Shown here: piece after piece, positions 35,357 through 46,227 of the stretch
Numbering within the stretch: position 1 is the stretch's first letter
How the letters are laid out: the number at the start of each line of letters is the position of its first letter
Source of the DNA: Deinococcales bacterium
GTDB lineage: Bacteria; Deinococcota; Deinococci; Deinococcales; JAAFIG01
Length of the DNA stretch: 64,000 nucleotides
Direction: 5' to 3'
Assembly (NCBI GenBank): GCA_031414595.1
Contig: JANNVX010000018.1
Location: 1-64,000, forward strand
Program-made: the position numbers and the translations under genes
Notes under the pieces: generated by a model
The model's input: only the letters and a program-made list of their open reading frames with translations
What the model was told of the DNA's origin: nothing
Databases searched by the model: none

Positions 35357-37398
35357 GCCAAAGCAATCTGGACTCGAGTTCCATTCAATGCCGCATTTCC
35401 AGACACATCAAGTTCCAAGTCATCGGTTAAATCATTGATGCTCACGCCCTTAGCGTGTGTCATCACATCATTTCTTGTGGCATGTCCATACCCGTGCGGG
35501 ATGCTGACCACACCACGGGCAATATCGGCGCTTATCTCGAGTGGAATTTTTACACTACCGACCCTCGAGGTAATGCGTAGGCTTGCGCCGTTGCTTGCCC
35601 CAATTCTTTGTGCGTCTTCTGGGTGGAGGAGAGCCGTGCAGCGTGGTTGGTCACGGTTGAGCCGTGCAACGTGGTGCATCCAAGAGTTATTGCTGCGGAG
35701 TTCACGCCGTCCAATCAGCACAAAACCTTCGGGTCTGGTCTCGAGGTCGTTCTCGAGCCGTTCAAGGTCGTTCATCACCAAACTCGGGGCAAGCCGAATG
35801 CGTTTCTCTGGGTTTTGCAGCCGTTCGGGGCATTGTTCGGTCAGTGCGCCAAGGTCAATGCCGTGTGGATTATTTTTAAGTTGCTCGAGACTTAAGTTAT
35901 ACCGTCCGCGTTTTAAGCCAGCCTCGATGATTTCGGCAGGGTTTTTGGCGGCTTCGCCTCCCATGCGACTGGCGAGTTCGCCAATAATTTCCCAGTCGTA
36001 CATGGCATTGTCGCTTTTAGGAACAGTCACTTGGCTGTACTTGGCAAAGTTATGCACTGACAACGATAAAAACGTCACATCGTAATGCTCAGTCTCGAGT
36101 CCCATGGCGGGTGGCAAAATAATATGTGCGTGTTTGGTTGTTTCGGTGATGTACGGGTCTATGGCGACCATAAACTCGAGTGATTCTAGGGCAGTCTCGA
36201 GATTTTTGCCATTTGGGGTACTTAACACTGGATTACCGCAAGTAATCACAAAGGCTTTAACTTGGTCTTGTCCTTCGGTCAGAATTTCTTCGGCTAGGGC
36301 TGCGACTGGGAATTCACCATTGGCTTCGGGCAGTCCACGAACTCGAGTATGGGTTCTGCCAAATGCCCAATCGCCCTTGCTGCGAACCGTTTCAAAGGCT
36401 GGTGCGGGAAACATCATTCCGCCCACTCGGTCAAAATTGCCTGTCAGGATATTGAGGGCGTAGACCAACCATTGGCAAACTGCTCCAAATTTTTGAATGG
36501 ATAAACCAATCCGCCCATATGCCACGGCGCTTTCACTGCTCGAGAATTCCCTTGTTAGGCGCTTAATCTCTTCACTCGAGATGCCAGTTTTAGCAGCTAC
36601 CCGTTCTGGGGTAAATGGTTGTACGGCTTGGCGCAGTTCTTGCAAGCCGTCGGTAAACCCCTCGAGTTTACCCAGCTTGACTAAATTTTCGGCAAAGAGG
36701 GTCTGAATTATGGACAGTAGCAAAAACGCATCTGTTCCAGGGGTAATAAAATGGTGTTCGCTTGCCATTTTTGCGGTCTCAGTTTTGCGCGGGTCAATCA
36801 CCACGACCTTACCTCCCGCCGTGATGATGTTCTTTAAGTGGTCTTTGACTCCGGGTGCGGTCATTAAGCTGCCGTTACTGGCAAGTGGGTTTGCCCCAAG
36901 AATCAGCCAGTATTTTGTGCGGCTAATGTCTGGTACTGGCAGTAAATTTGGATTGCCGAGCATCAAACCACTGATGACTTGTTGCGGCAGTTGGTCAACA
37001 CTGGTGGCGCTAAAGCGGTTTCTCGAGCCAACTGCCCGCATTAGGTTTGGCATACTTAAAAGCGTCCCAGAATTATGCACGGCTGGATTGCCAATAAAAA
37101 AAGCAATTGCATTTGCTCCATCTCGAGACTTAATCTCGGTTAGTTTTGAGGCTACTTGGCTAAAGGCATCTTCCCAAGAAAGCTGTTCCCAGCCTGATTC
37201 TGTTCGCCTTACTGGGGTACGAAGCCTATTTGGGTCGGTGTTCATGTCGGCTAGGGCTGTGGCTTTTGGGCAGATATGACCCTTAGAAAAAGGGTCGTTC
37301 TGGTCGCCACGAATGCTTTTAACCACATTCCCCTCGAGTTCAATCTCGAGTCCACAGATGGCTTCGCACAGGTTACAAGCTCGGTATTTGGTTGTCAT
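35353..37398 (-). CDS. Molybdopterin oxidoreductase (DMSO reductase superfamily)
   Basis: CNLCEAICG, GHICPKA, SNGSLMTAP, RSNNSWMH. Start moved to ATG 37398. Confidence 0.9.
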   Translation of the reverse strand: MTTKYRACNLCEAICGLEIELEGNVVKSIRGDQNDPFSKGHICPKATALADMNTDPNRLRTPVRRTESGWEQLSWEDAFSQVASKLTEIKSRDGANAIAFFIGNPAVHNSGTLLSMPNLMRAVGSRNRFSATSVDQLPQQVISGLMLGNPNLLPVPDISRTKYWLILGANPLASNGSLMTAPGVKDHLKNIITAGGKVVVIDPRKTETAKMASEHHFITPGTDAFLLLSIIQTLFAENLVKLGKLEGFTDGLQELRQAVQPFTPERVAAKTGISSEEIKRLTREFSSSESAVAYGRIGLSIQKFGAVCQWLVYALNILTGNFDRVGGMMFPAPAFETVRSKGDWAFGRTHTRVRGLPEANGEFPVAALAEEILTEGQDQVKAFVITCGNPVLSTPNGKNLETALESLEFMVAIDPYITETTKHAHIILPPAMGLETEHYDVTFLSLSVHNFAKYSQVTVPKSDNAMYDWEIIGELASRMGGEAAKNPAEIIEAGLKRGRYNLSLEQLKNNPHGIDLGALTEQCPERLQNPEKRIRLAPSLVMNDLERLENDLETRPEGFVLIGRRELRSNNSWMHHVARLNRDQPRCTALLHPEDAQRIGASNGASLRITSRVGSVKIPLEISADIARGVVSIPHGYGHATRNDVMTHAKGVSINDLTDDLELDVSGNAALNGTRVQIALA

Positions 37399-37568
37399 GA
37401 TACAAGTAGTATAAGGCATATTGATTTGAAGACGCTCCTGCACCTATGCCTTTGTCCATAAACCCATAGCCTTTAAGCTCAAGGGAGCATTTGTGAAGGT
37501 AAACTCTGGGATAAGCTATAAGCTATTGGAGATTAAGATTAAATAATTCGCGTGTTATCATAACGGCA

Positions 37569-38891
37569 ATGTTTCGTTTCATAGATTTATTTGCTGGAAT
37601 TGGCGGTTTCCGAGTTGCCCTCGAGTCAGTGGGAGGTGTTTGTGTCGCCTCTGCCGAAATTAACGCCCAAGCCATCGAAGTTTACCGTGCAAACTGGATT
37701 GAAGACGAACTAAATCATAATCTAGGCGATATTTCAAAACTTAGTTTACTTCCCGAACACGACCTGATGGTTGGTGGCGTTCCTTGTCAACCGTGGTCAA
37801 TTGCGGGACAGAACAAAGGTTTTGATGACCCTCGAGGGCAGCTTTGGGGCGACGTGATTCGCTTAGTTGAATTTAACCGCCCAAAAGGATTTATTTTTGA
37901 AAATGTCAAAGGTATGGTAGACCCCAGACATACCGATTGTCTCGAGACTATTTTGTCTTCATTTAGGCAATTGGGCTACCAAGTTCAAGCAAAATTACTC
38001 AATGCCTTTGATTATGGCGTTCCGCAAAATCGAGACCGTGTTTTTGTGGTTGGGACTCGTACTGACTGTACACAGTCGGCTTTTGTTTACCCGCCCTACC
38101 AAGAAAATAAATTGCGTTTGCACGATATTTTTGATATTGAAGCACCAAAAAAACAGACCCCAGAAATCGAATTAGAGCGAGACTTATTTGGTGAGCGTAT
38201 CGGCACGGGCTTTAATAAACTCACGCCAAAAGACCAATACAACGAATTTTTTATCCTTAACGATTTACGCCACGGACCAACCAGTATTCATTCTTGGGAA
38301 ATCTATGACACCACAAACCGCGAAAAAATGATTTGCCTAACCCATCTTCGCAATCGTCGGAACAAGAAATTTGGCGACCTAGACGGCAGTCCACTCAGTT
38401 ATCCACAGTTGCTTGAACTGATTCCAGATTTGCAAGAAATAGAACTCGAGAATTTAGTTGAAAACAAGATTTTTATCAAAACAGAGTCTGGTAGCTATGA
38501 ATTTCTAAACCGGCGAATGTCGAGCGGAATTAACGGCACATACCGAATTTTCTTACCAACCGCCCGTTTTTTTGGCACACTCACGGCTCGAGGGATGAAT
38601 GATGAAATTGCACAAATTGCTGTGACTGGCGATACACCCGCCGAATACAAGCAAAACTTTATTGCACAAATTTTGCGCCCAAAGCTGCATCGTCCGATTA
38701 CGGTGCGTGAAGCAGCCCGTTTGCAGGCTTTCCCTGAATACTTTGAGTTTCATAAAAGTGATGCCGTCAGTATGCGCTTACTTGGCAATAGTGTCGCCAT
38801 CAAGGTTGTTCAAGCCGTAGCAAAGTCTTTACTAGAAACTGGTGTCTTTTCTCGAGTTAGCACAACCCAAAAGGAATTGATTTTAGCATGA
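37569..38891 (+). CDS. DNA (cytosine-5) methyltransferase, HgiBI/HgiCII-like
   Basis: DLFAGIGG, GVPCQPWS, ENVKG, QNRDRVF, REAARLQ, LGNSV. Confidence 0.93.
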   Translation: MFRFIDLFAGIGGFRVALESVGGVCVASAEINAQAIEVYRANWIEDELNHNLGDISKLSLLPEHDLMVGGVPCQPWSIAGQNKGFDDPRGQLWGDVIRLVEFNRPKGFIFENVKGMVDPRHTDCLETILSSFRQLGYQVQAKLLNAFDYGVPQNRDRVFVVGTRTDCTQSAFVYPPYQENKLRLHDIFDIEAPKKQTPEIELERDLFGERIGTGFNKLTPKDQYNEFFILNDLRHGPTSIHSWEIYDTTNREKMICLTHLRNRRNKKFGDLDGSPLSYPQLLELIPDLQEIELENLVENKIFIKTESGSYEFLNRRMSSGINGTYRIFLPTARFFGTLTARGMNDEIAQIAVTGDTPAEYKQNFIAQILRPKLHRPITVREAARLQAFPEYFEFHKSDAVSMRLLGNSVAIKVVQAVAKSLLETGVFSRVSTTQKELILA

Positions 38892-39715
38892 ATACCGACA
38901 TGAAAATAGCCATTCAAAACGTGATTAAAACCATGATGGACAAGGTTATGGAACGGGTTTTACAGACCGACCCATTTATTGCCGAAACGCACCACGCCAG
39001 CAAACCGCTATATGCTGCCCTTGTACCGGACGAAATTTTTAAGGGTTCGCATTTTGAACGTCGGTTTGTTACCCCGTTTGGTGGAGTCTGGGAAAAACTA
39101 GCCGTGGTAGCTGCCGAACAAGGCTCTGCCAAGTGCATCCAGCAACATACCATTCGTGGGAATATTCAAAGTGGAAGACTGCAACGAATCCAAGAAGTGT
39201 TAAATAAACTCGAGCATCCAGAAATTGGTGTGGAGCGCCAAAAACCCAATTGGAACAGCGAACTTGCTTATATTCTCGAGGGCAACGGCGAACCGATACC
39301 TGCCACTGTAGTGTGCGATATTTACACCGAAAATACACAGACGAACCAGCGATTCGCTTTTGAGTTAAAAGCACCACTGCCCAACAGTGACCAAACCAAG
39401 CAAAGCAAAGAGAAAATTTTTAAGCTCAAAGCAATGGATTCAAAGCCCGTAGACGCGGCTTATTACGCATTACCCTACAATCCATATGGACAAAAAGCCG
39501 ATTATGCTTGGACTTTTCCAGCCCGTTGGTTTGACATGCGACAAGACGAAGTGGTTTTAATTGGCGCGGAGTTCTGGGATAAAATTGGCGGAGTTGGCAC
39601 ATATGCAGCCTTTATCGAAGCCATTAACGAAATTGGTTTACCCTACAAAGAACGGATTTACCGCGAATTCTTAGGCATTGAACCACTTGAGCAAGCCTCT
39701 AAACCCGTTTTCTAG
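38888..39715 (+). CDS. Type II restriction endonuclease, TdeIII/HgiBI-like
   Basis: KPLYAALVPDEIFKGSHFERRFVTPFG, FELKAPLPNSD, ALPYNPYG; ATGA overlap with the methyltransferase. Confidence 0.85.
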   Translation: MNTDMKIAIQNVIKTMMDKVMERVLQTDPFIAETHHASKPLYAALVPDEIFKGSHFERRFVTPFGGVWEKLAVVAAEQGSAKCIQQHTIRGNIQSGRLQRIQEVLNKLEHPEIGVERQKPNWNSELAYILEGNGEPIPATVVCDIYTENTQTNQRFAFELKAPLPNSDQTKQSKEKIFKLKAMDSKPVDAAYYALPYNPYGQKADYAWTFPARWFDMRQDEVVLIGAEFWDKIGGVGTYAAFIEAINEIGLPYKERIYREFLGIEPLEQASKPVF

Positions 39716-39913
39716 TCAATACTCGGCATAAAATTCATTTGGCTTAATTCCTGTTTTTTCCTCGAGCCATGCTTGGACACAATCACGAATCTCGGCAATC
39801 ATTTCAATGTCCCAATCTAAATTGACATTAGTTGTGTTTAAGTTGTTCAGTAAGTCAAAAATTTGTGAATCAACAAAGTCTTGGCGTTCAATCTGAGTAT
39901 CGGTCAGTTCCAT
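39716..39913 (-). CDS. Small acidic hypothetical protein
   Basis: 65 aa with GAGGGG RBS, co-oriented with the upstream ABC operon. Confidence 0.6.
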   Translation of the reverse strand: MELTDTQIERQDFVDSQIFDLLNNLNTTNVNLDWDIEMIAEIRDCVQAWLEEKTGIKPNEFYAEY

Positions 39914-39930
39914 AAATTTCCCCCTCGAGA

Positions 39931-40674
39931 CTACAGCCGCCCTGCCTCAATAATGCTTTTCAAAAAGGCTTGGGTACGTGGTTCTTTTGGCGCACTAAAA
40001 ATTTGTTCTGGCGTGCCTTCTTCATGCACTACACCTTGGTATAAAAAACAAACCTTGCTCGAGACTTCTTTGGCAAAACCCATTTCGTGGGTCGCAAGCA
40101 ACATTGTCATGCCCTCGCTTGCCAGTTCTCGCACCAAATCCAGCACTTCTGCCACCAATTCAGGGTCAAGTGCCGAAGTAATTTCGTCTAAGAGCATCAG
40201 CATTGGCTGCATTGCCAGCGCTCTGGCAATTGCCACCCGTTGTTGCTGCCCACCGCTTAATTGGTCGGGGTAACTTCTGGCTTTCTGCTCGAGTTGTACC
40301 CTTTTTAAGAGGTCAAAAGCTCGAGCCTCGGCTTCGGGTTTACTTAGTCCAAGTACCTGACGTGGCGCTAAACAGATATTCTCGAGAACAGTCATGTGTG
40401 GAAATAAATTAAAGCTCTGGAAAACAATGCCAACATCGCGGCGTAAACGGTCTACATCCACCCCAGCCCCAGAAACCCTATCGCCTAGAATCTGAATTTC
40501 ACCGCCGCTTATTGGCTCGAGTCCGTTAATACAGCGCAATAAGGTGCTTTTACCGCATCCAGAAGCGCCGATTAAACAGACCACATCATGTTCTTTGACA
40601 CTTAAATTTAAGCCACGCAGCACCTCGAGCGACCCAAAACGCTTGACCACACCGTGCATCTCGAGAAAACTCAT
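39931..40674 (-). CDS. Amino acid ABC transporter ATP-binding protein
   Basis: [34 protein letters not shown]. Confidence 0.95.
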   Translation of the reverse strand: MSFLEMHGVVKRFGSLEVLRGLNLSVKEHDVVCLIGASGCGKSTLLRCINGLEPISGGEIQILGDRVSGAGVDVDRLRRDVGIVFQSFNLFPHMTVLENICLAPRQVLGLSKPEAEARAFDLLKRVQLEQKARSYPDQLSGGQQQRVAIARALAMQPMLMLLDEITSALDPELVAEVLDLVRELASEGMTMLLATHEMGFAKEVSSKVCFLYQGVVHEEGTPEQIFSAPKEPRTQAFLKSIIEAGRL

Positions 40675-41831
40675 TTTGCCCCTCTGGTTTTTCTTGCGTC
40701 GGACTCGAGTAATCTGTCTACCAGTCTGGCTTGTGGAATGGTGATCAGAACAAAAAGAATCGCAACAATCGTCACAGTGGAAAGATTGAAATTATTAGAG
40801 GCTAAAATTCGGGCTTGGTTAAAAGCATCTATTGTGCCGATGACATTAACCAGTGCGGTGTCTTTTTGCAGTCCAATAAAATCGTTTAAGAGTGGCGGGA
40901 TAATTCGCCGCACGGCTTGAGGCACAATTACAAAACGCATGGTTTGAAAAAAATTTAAGCCTAGGCTTCGGGCTGCCATCATTTGGCTTGGGTGAATACT
41001 CTCGATTCCAGCGCGGTAAACCTCGGCAACATATGCGCCGTAAGTCAGGCTTAGGGCAATAATCGCGTACCAAACTGGCGATAAATCGCCCAATATCGGA
41101 ATGCCAGTCAGTGGTAAACCAAAACCAATCAGATAAATGGTAATTACACTTGGTAAACCGCGAAAAGCATCGGTGTAGAGCGTCGCCAGTAAACGAATCG
41201 GCTGTCCTGCTGCCCCGGGAATCATTCGGGCAAGTGCCACGACCAATGCCCAAACCAGAATAATTGCTTGGGCAACCATAAAAATAAACACATTGGTCAA
41301 GAAAGCCTGTCCGACCAGACCTGCCTTACTAACCATCAAATCGAGCTTAAAAAAAGTTGACCCAACCGCCACATCTTTAGCAATCACAAACCAAAGCCCA
41401 GTAAACCCAAGCAACATAAAAATCGCATAGCCTATCGAAAACCAAGCGGTGTTACTCGAGTCAGCCGTGGCAACTCGAGCCGAAATTAAATCTTCGGCAA
41501 CTAAAAACCTTTTGGCTCGAGCGGCGGCTCTGGCACTTTTTATGGCTGGAATAAACAACCAAAGTGGAGTTATGGCTAGAACCCCTAACACCAACCAAGC
41601 CCAAATTGGTAATGTTAAAACTCGAGTTGACATTTCTGACCAGTAGAGGTTTTTCTCGACTGCTTTAGTGATATTTTCTTCAGTCACACCAGCCAAAACC
41701 AAAGACAATTGCCAAAGCACCCACCAAGCAAAAAGTGTGGTCAGACTCGAGACTAAAAGGGCTGCCAACGAAATTGGCATGGCACTTTTGGGAATACTAG
41801 GAGCGCGGAAACGCGCAGAACGGTCGGTCAT
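40671..41831 (-). CDS. Amino acid ABC transporter permease
   Basis: [30 protein letters not shown]. Confidence 0.92.
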   Translation of the reverse strand: MTDRSARFRAPSIPKSAMPISLAALLVSSLTTLFAWWVLWQLSLVLAGVTEENITKAVEKNLYWSEMSTRVLTLPIWAWLVLGVLAITPLWLFIPAIKSARAAARAKRFLVAEDLISARVATADSSNTAWFSIGYAIFMLLGFTGLWFVIAKDVAVGSTFFKLDLMVSKAGLVGQAFLTNVFIFMVAQAIILVWALVVALARMIPGAAGQPIRLLATLYTDAFRGLPSVITIYLIGFGLPLTGIPILGDLSPVWYAIIALSLTYGAYVAEVYRAGIESIHPSQMMAARSLGLNFFQTMRFVIVPQAVRRIIPPLLNDFIGLQKDTALVNVIGTIDAFNQARILASNNFNLSTVTIVAILFVLITIPQARLVDRLLESDARKTRGAK

Positions 41832-41897
41832 AAAAAATTGAGGAAGGAGGAAAGAGGAAGGAAGTGTTGTTTTCCTCTTTCCTTTTTTATCCTGCTC

Positions 41898-42743
41898 TTA
41901 AGGTTTGAAGTATTTGATTTTTAACGGGTCAATGCCCCATTCTTTGGAGAGGTACTGCCCGACAAGTTTGCCGATTGTACCATCTTTGAGCATTTCTTTG
42001 AGGATGTTATCTACAACTTTGTTGTTGGCGTTTCCTTTGGGGAACAATGCGCCGTAACTTTCGCCGGTTTTGTACTGCCCAACAACTTCAAATTTTCCAG
42101 CCGACTCCTTGGCTTGCGATAAGACAATACTGGTGTCGGTCATGGCAATATCTACTCGCTTGGCTTGCAAGGCAACAAACATTCCGGGTGTATCTGGGAA
42201 AACACTGACATTCTTATTCTTCAGGATTTTCTGTGCAAAATTCTCGCCAGTCGTGCCTTGTTGTACCCCAATTTTAGCGGTTTTAATGGTCTTTTCGTCC
42301 ACCTTAAAGCCTTTACGCACCATGACCCCAATGTCGCTCGAGAAGTACGGTGTGCTGAATTCGACGACTTTTTTGCGTTCTTCGGTAATTGAAATTTGGC
42401 TCATGGCGAGGTCAAAGTTCTTGGTTTGCCCAGCCACCAAGCCGTCCCAAGCGACATTTTGAATCACCACTTTCTCGAGTCCAGCGCGGTGGGCAAGGTT
42501 GGCTGCCATGCAGTATTCAACCCCACTTTTAACCAGTTCGGGCGAATCTCCATTCCAAAATCCGGGGCTGGGCAGATTGGTTTGTACTGTCAATTGTCCA
42601 GCAATGGCTGGCGTGAATTTCATTGAACCCATTGCTCCAAAAATGGGGCAATCACCGTACTTAACCATGTTCTGAGCGCCAGAAGTTAAACTTAGGGCGG
42701 TTAAACCCGCCAGTCCAAGGGCTGCCAATACTTGTATTTTCAT
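41898..42743 (-). CDS. Amino acid ABC transporter substrate-binding protein
   Basis: Signal peptide, SQISITEERKKVVEFS, GVQQGTT. Confidence 0.92.
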   Translation of the reverse strand: MKIQVLAALGLAGLTALSLTSGAQNMVKYGDCPIFGAMGSMKFTPAIAGQLTVQTNLPSPGFWNGDSPELVKSGVEYCMAANLAHRAGLEKVVIQNVAWDGLVAGQTKNFDLAMSQISITEERKKVVEFSTPYFSSDIGVMVRKGFKVDEKTIKTAKIGVQQGTTGENFAQKILKNKNVSVFPDTPGMFVALQAKRVDIAMTDTSIVLSQAKESAGKFEVVGQYKTGESYGALFPKGNANNKVVDNILKEMLKDGTIGKLVGQYLSKEWGIDPLKIKYFKP

Positions 42744-42783
42744 TCTTTCCTCCTAAATGCCACATATAGAATACCGCAAATAA

Positions 42784-43617
42784 CTAAACTAAACGCAACT
42801 CCACTGACCAATCTGCCCCGCTTGAGATTTGGTATTTGTCGGCAAAACTTTGGCAGTTAATCGCAATCGCGGCTTGCAGTAAACTGTTGATGTAAATTAA
42901 AGGCTGCCCTTGCTCGACTGCGCCAAACGAATGTACAAAAGGCATCCTGTCTGTAAAGCGCTCGGTTGTTCCCTCGAGTATTCGCACATCAAACTGCACC
43001 TTATGCAAAATTTTACTTGTCTCGAGCATGGTTTTAGGGATGTTCGTCCAGACATTGCCGAAGTTGATGTCAAGGACTGGAATTACGCCAGTTATGACCC
43101 CGTTTTCTAAGGTTGCGGCGCGAATCTCGAGTTGTTGAAATTGACTTAGTTCTTGTCCGATGGCTTCAAAACCCAGTTGTCCAGAAGCAAGTTTTGCCCC
43201 GACATAGGCGTATAAATCTCGTCCTAAAAAAGTATAAGAATCAGAAGAACCGGGCAAACGATGCTTAGATTCATCTATTTCTCGAATGCTTTTTAGACAA
43301 GGCTCGAGCCAAGTCAGTAAGCCGTTGTCTGGGCAGACGATGATTTGCCCATTGTTCAGTTTGGCTGCCAGACTTTTACGATTTGTACCAACCCCGGGGT
43401 CTATAACCACCACAAAAACAGTTTGGTCACGCCAATACGAATGGGTTTGCAATAACCTATACGCCCCTTCCCAAATGTCAAAAGGTTTGACTTCATGAGT
43501 CAGGTCAAGAATGCTTAGCCCAGAATCTACATGCAGCGCCACGCCTTTCATAGCTGCTACAGCCCCATCTCGAACTCCAAAATCGGTCATAAGAACCAGC
43601 GCTTGACGATTCGTCAA
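42784..43617 (-). CDS. SAM hydroxide adenosyltransferase / chlorinase-fluorinase family (DUF62)
   Basis: MTDFG, VIDPGVGT, PDNGLL, TFLGRD, DINFGNV. Confidence 0.9.
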   Translation of the reverse strand: MTNRQALVLMTDFGVRDGAVAAMKGVALHVDSGLSILDLTHEVKPFDIWEGAYRLLQTHSYWRDQTVFVVVIDPGVGTNRKSLAAKLNNGQIIVCPDNGLLTWLEPCLKSIREIDESKHRLPGSSDSYTFLGRDLYAYVGAKLASGQLGFEAIGQELSQFQQLEIRAATLENGVITGVIPVLDINFGNVWTNIPKTMLETSKILHKVQFDVRILEGTTERFTDRMPFVHSFGAVEQGQPLIYINSLLQAAIAINCQSFADKYQISSGADWSVELRLV

Positions 43618-43739
43618 GATTTCACCTCGGTGTTAGGACTAGCCGCAGGAGTAGATGCAAAAGAAATTCGGGCTGTCGGACACCACCACTTTTGAGTCTA
43701 ACATGAGTTTTGCTATACTCCACCGCATGAGGCAACAGC

Positions 43740-44495
43740 TTGAATACCCTTAAACCCGTGGCATTTCTTGGCACAGAAGCCCAAAAGGTCGTGACAGCCT
43801 TGTATAAACTCGAGGCGCAGTTTTTACCCACGCTTGTGCCAACCAGTGCCAAACTCGAGCGGGTGGTGCAAGGACTCGAGCCATTGGGGTTTTTAGGGGC
43901 GGTTTTTGTGGGTGGTGCTTCGACTGAAGCCATGAGTTTTGTGGATGCCGTCTCGAGCAGTGCTGAGCGTGACGGCGGCTTAGATGCCATCAGCGTGACT
44001 CGAGGCACGAACGGTTCTCATACGCTTGAAGATGGATTACTTGCAACCCTTGAATCCATGAAGTACCGTGGTTTTGGTGCAAATGCCGTGGTGTTGGGTG
44101 GCGGAGCTACCGCCAGTGCCGCCGTACAAATTGCCAGGGCTGGGGTAAAAAGCCTGACGATTGCCGCCCCAGACCGCCCTCATGCCGAGCGCTTAGCGCG
44201 GTTTGCTCCTGCGGGTGTCATGATTCACAGTATTTCCTTAGAAGAACCTGCCCTGTTAGAGGCTTTGGAACGAGCCGATTTACTGCTGATTTGTGATGCT
44301 AAGTTGAGGCTCGAACCGCGTTTTTTACAGCCGTATCACACCTTGGTTGAAATTGCTGGCGAGACTTCTTTGGCGGTTGCCCTTGAACGAATTGGTGGGC
44401 AAGTTGTGGCGCATAAAAAAGTTCGGGCGCATCATTTATCAGCCCAATTAGAGTATGTAACAGGGCGTAAACTCAAACTCGAGGGGCTGATTTAA
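43740..44495 (+). CDS. Shikimate dehydrogenase-like protein (divergent)
   Basis: Rossmann AVVLGGGATA and AroE-like layout; substrate-binding motifs not conserved. Confidence 0.55.
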   Translation: MNTLKPVAFLGTEAQKVVTALYKLEAQFLPTLVPTSAKLERVVQGLEPLGFLGAVFVGGASTEAMSFVDAVSSSAERDGGLDAISVTRGTNGSHTLEDGLLATLESMKYRGFGANAVVLGGGATASAAVQIARAGVKSLTIAAPDRPHAERLARFAPAGVMIHSISLEEPALLEALERADLLLICDAKLRLEPRFLQPYHTLVEIAGETSLAVALERIGGQVVAHKKVRAHHLSAQLEYVTGRKLKLEGLI

Positions 44496-44529
44496 CGATT
44501 TTTTGATCTTTACCAGTTAAGCTATAGCT

Positions 44530-46113
44530 ATGAAATCGTTTCTTGCCATTCTTGCCCTGATGCTGCTTTTGGTGGCTTGTCCAGTACAACCCCCAGTCAT
44601 CTCAAGTTTTTCCAGCAATACCCTAAATTTGCCCTTTGGCGGCGGCAATGTAACCCTTTCATGGGCAACTGAACGCGCCTCGAGCCTGAGCTTAAATAGT
44701 GGTGAAGTGACAGGGTTAAACAGTAAAATGATGGCTGTCTCGAGCAGTACAATTTTTACTTTAACGGCAAGCAACGCTGGCGGAAGCGTCACAAAAACCG
44801 TTGAGATTGTGGTTGCACCCGCTCCACCAATCATCTCGAGTTTTACAGCTTCTCCAAGCACATTGCCGTTTGGTGGTGGAAAAGTGACCTTAAATTGGGC
44901 AACCGAAAATACGAACGCTCTGAATTTAGATGGGACTGCTGTAACGGGTACAACCAGTCTCGAGGTTAGCGTCACCAACAGCAAAACCTTTACACTTACG
45001 GCTACAGGCATTGGTGGTACAACTTCTAAAACCGTGGGAATTTTCGTGCTGGATGATGTTCCAGTCATCTCGAGTTTTACCGCCACACCAGACACCCTCG
45101 AGTCTGGACTTGTAACCCTTGGATGGCAATCTTTAGGAGCGACAACCCTGAGTATTTCACCAAGTATTGGCATTGTCACGGGCAACAGTCTCGAGGTCAA
45201 CATTTCAAAAACCACAACTTTTACCCTAACGGCAACCAACAACGGCGGTAGTACCGGTAAAACCGTGCTGGTCGCCAGTACCGCCTTATCGAGTACCGCC
45301 CTTGGTTCGGTCAATTTAGCTTGGGACACCAATAAACGCGATGCTGAGACCGACTCGAGTGGACAGGTTAGTTTTTTACCACTGACCTATTCGGATATTG
45401 ATTTTGTGTCTGGCGGGGTGCGCTACTTGACTGCCACCTACCGCGTCACCAATTTAAGCCCTCAACCGCTCGAGAATATCGCTTTACGGGCTGTGGCAAA
45501 AACGGGTAACGTCGGCGAGACGGCTGCTTTTGATATTCGGGCTTTTCCAGATGCCAATAATCCAGATGGCGCATTGTACACAGACCCAAGTGCAGGGCAG
45601 CGAATCTTGCCGGTTCATGGGATGCAGCTTGGGGCGACCACACCTGTTCCCGACGAAAGCGCTTCGGACTTTCAAGGCTATCGGTTAAGCGAAAGTACAG
45701 CGCTTCAGACGGCTGCTCGAGGCTCGGGCTTAATTGGGGCAACCGAAAGTGTCCTAGATTATTCGTATATTGTCAAAAACAACTTAAGCCGCCGCCTCGA
45801 GTCGGGTGGAACAGCACTGGTCAGTGTAGCGGTGCGAATTCCTCGGCGTTTGGTGCAAACAGACCCACTTTCTAAAATTTTTAAGTTTAAGCTCAGTTTT
45901 TTGGTCAGTTCCGACAGTGCGATTCGGGTTTCACGAGCATTACTTGAAACAACTACCGCCAGCCAGTCTCGAGCTACTGCTTTAGGCTCGAGCAGCAACC
46001 CGACCCAATTGGTGCTGCTTGGTTCGGATTTGGACGCGCCGTCGGATGGGGCTTTGCGTTTGATTCGTTTGCCGAACATTCGGTTTGGTGTGACGACGAA
46101 TTTACTCCCGTAG
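44530..46113 (+). CDS. Surface lipoprotein with three Ig-like repeats
   Basis: Lipobox LVAC; three ~80-aa repeats PxISSF..VTLxW..FTLTA. Confidence 0.8.
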   Translation: MKSFLAILALMLLLVACPVQPPVISSFSSNTLNLPFGGGNVTLSWATERASSLSLNSGEVTGLNSKMMAVSSSTIFTLTASNAGGSVTKTVEIVVAPAPPIISSFTASPSTLPFGGGKVTLNWATENTNALNLDGTAVTGTTSLEVSVTNSKTFTLTATGIGGTTSKTVGIFVLDDVPVISSFTATPDTLESGLVTLGWQSLGATTLSISPSIGIVTGNSLEVNISKTTTFTLTATNNGGSTGKTVLVASTALSSTALGSVNLAWDTNKRDAETDSSGQVSFLPLTYSDIDFVSGGVRYLTATYRVTNLSPQPLENIALRAVAKTGNVGETAAFDIRAFPDANNPDGALYTDPSAGQRILPVHGMQLGATTPVPDESASDFQGYRLSESTALQTAARGSGLIGATESVLDYSYIVKNNLSRRLESGGTALVSVAVRIPRRLVQTDPLSKIFKFKLSFLVSSDSAIRVSRALLETTTASQSRATALGSSSNPTQLVLLGSDLDAPSDGALRLIRLPNIRFGVTTNLLP

Positions 46114-46150
46114 CAGCGAACTGCGCCCCTACTTGAACTTTTCATAAAAG

Positions 46151-46171
46151 AACTTATACTGAGTCTAAGTT
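46151..46171. promoter_or_regulatory. Palindromic operator candidate upstream of the acyl-CoA ligase
   Basis: AACTTATACT-G-AGTCTAAGTT. Confidence 0.5.
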
Positions 46172-46227
46172 TTACTTTCTTTTATCGGCATCAACGCAAG
46201 GCTTCTTTGCTCCTTTGAGGTACACCC

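Noticed and set aside
43727-43753. Leader peptide MRQQLEYP before the shikimate dehydrogenase-like gene
   Set aside because: It has no run of regulatory codons or attenuator hairpin, so it cannot be supported from sequence alone.
44517-45332. 271-aa antisense ORF, representative of many shadow ORFs in the track
   Set aside because: It is the mirror of the Thr/Ser-rich lipoprotein repeats, and the sense gene has a lipobox and domain structure.
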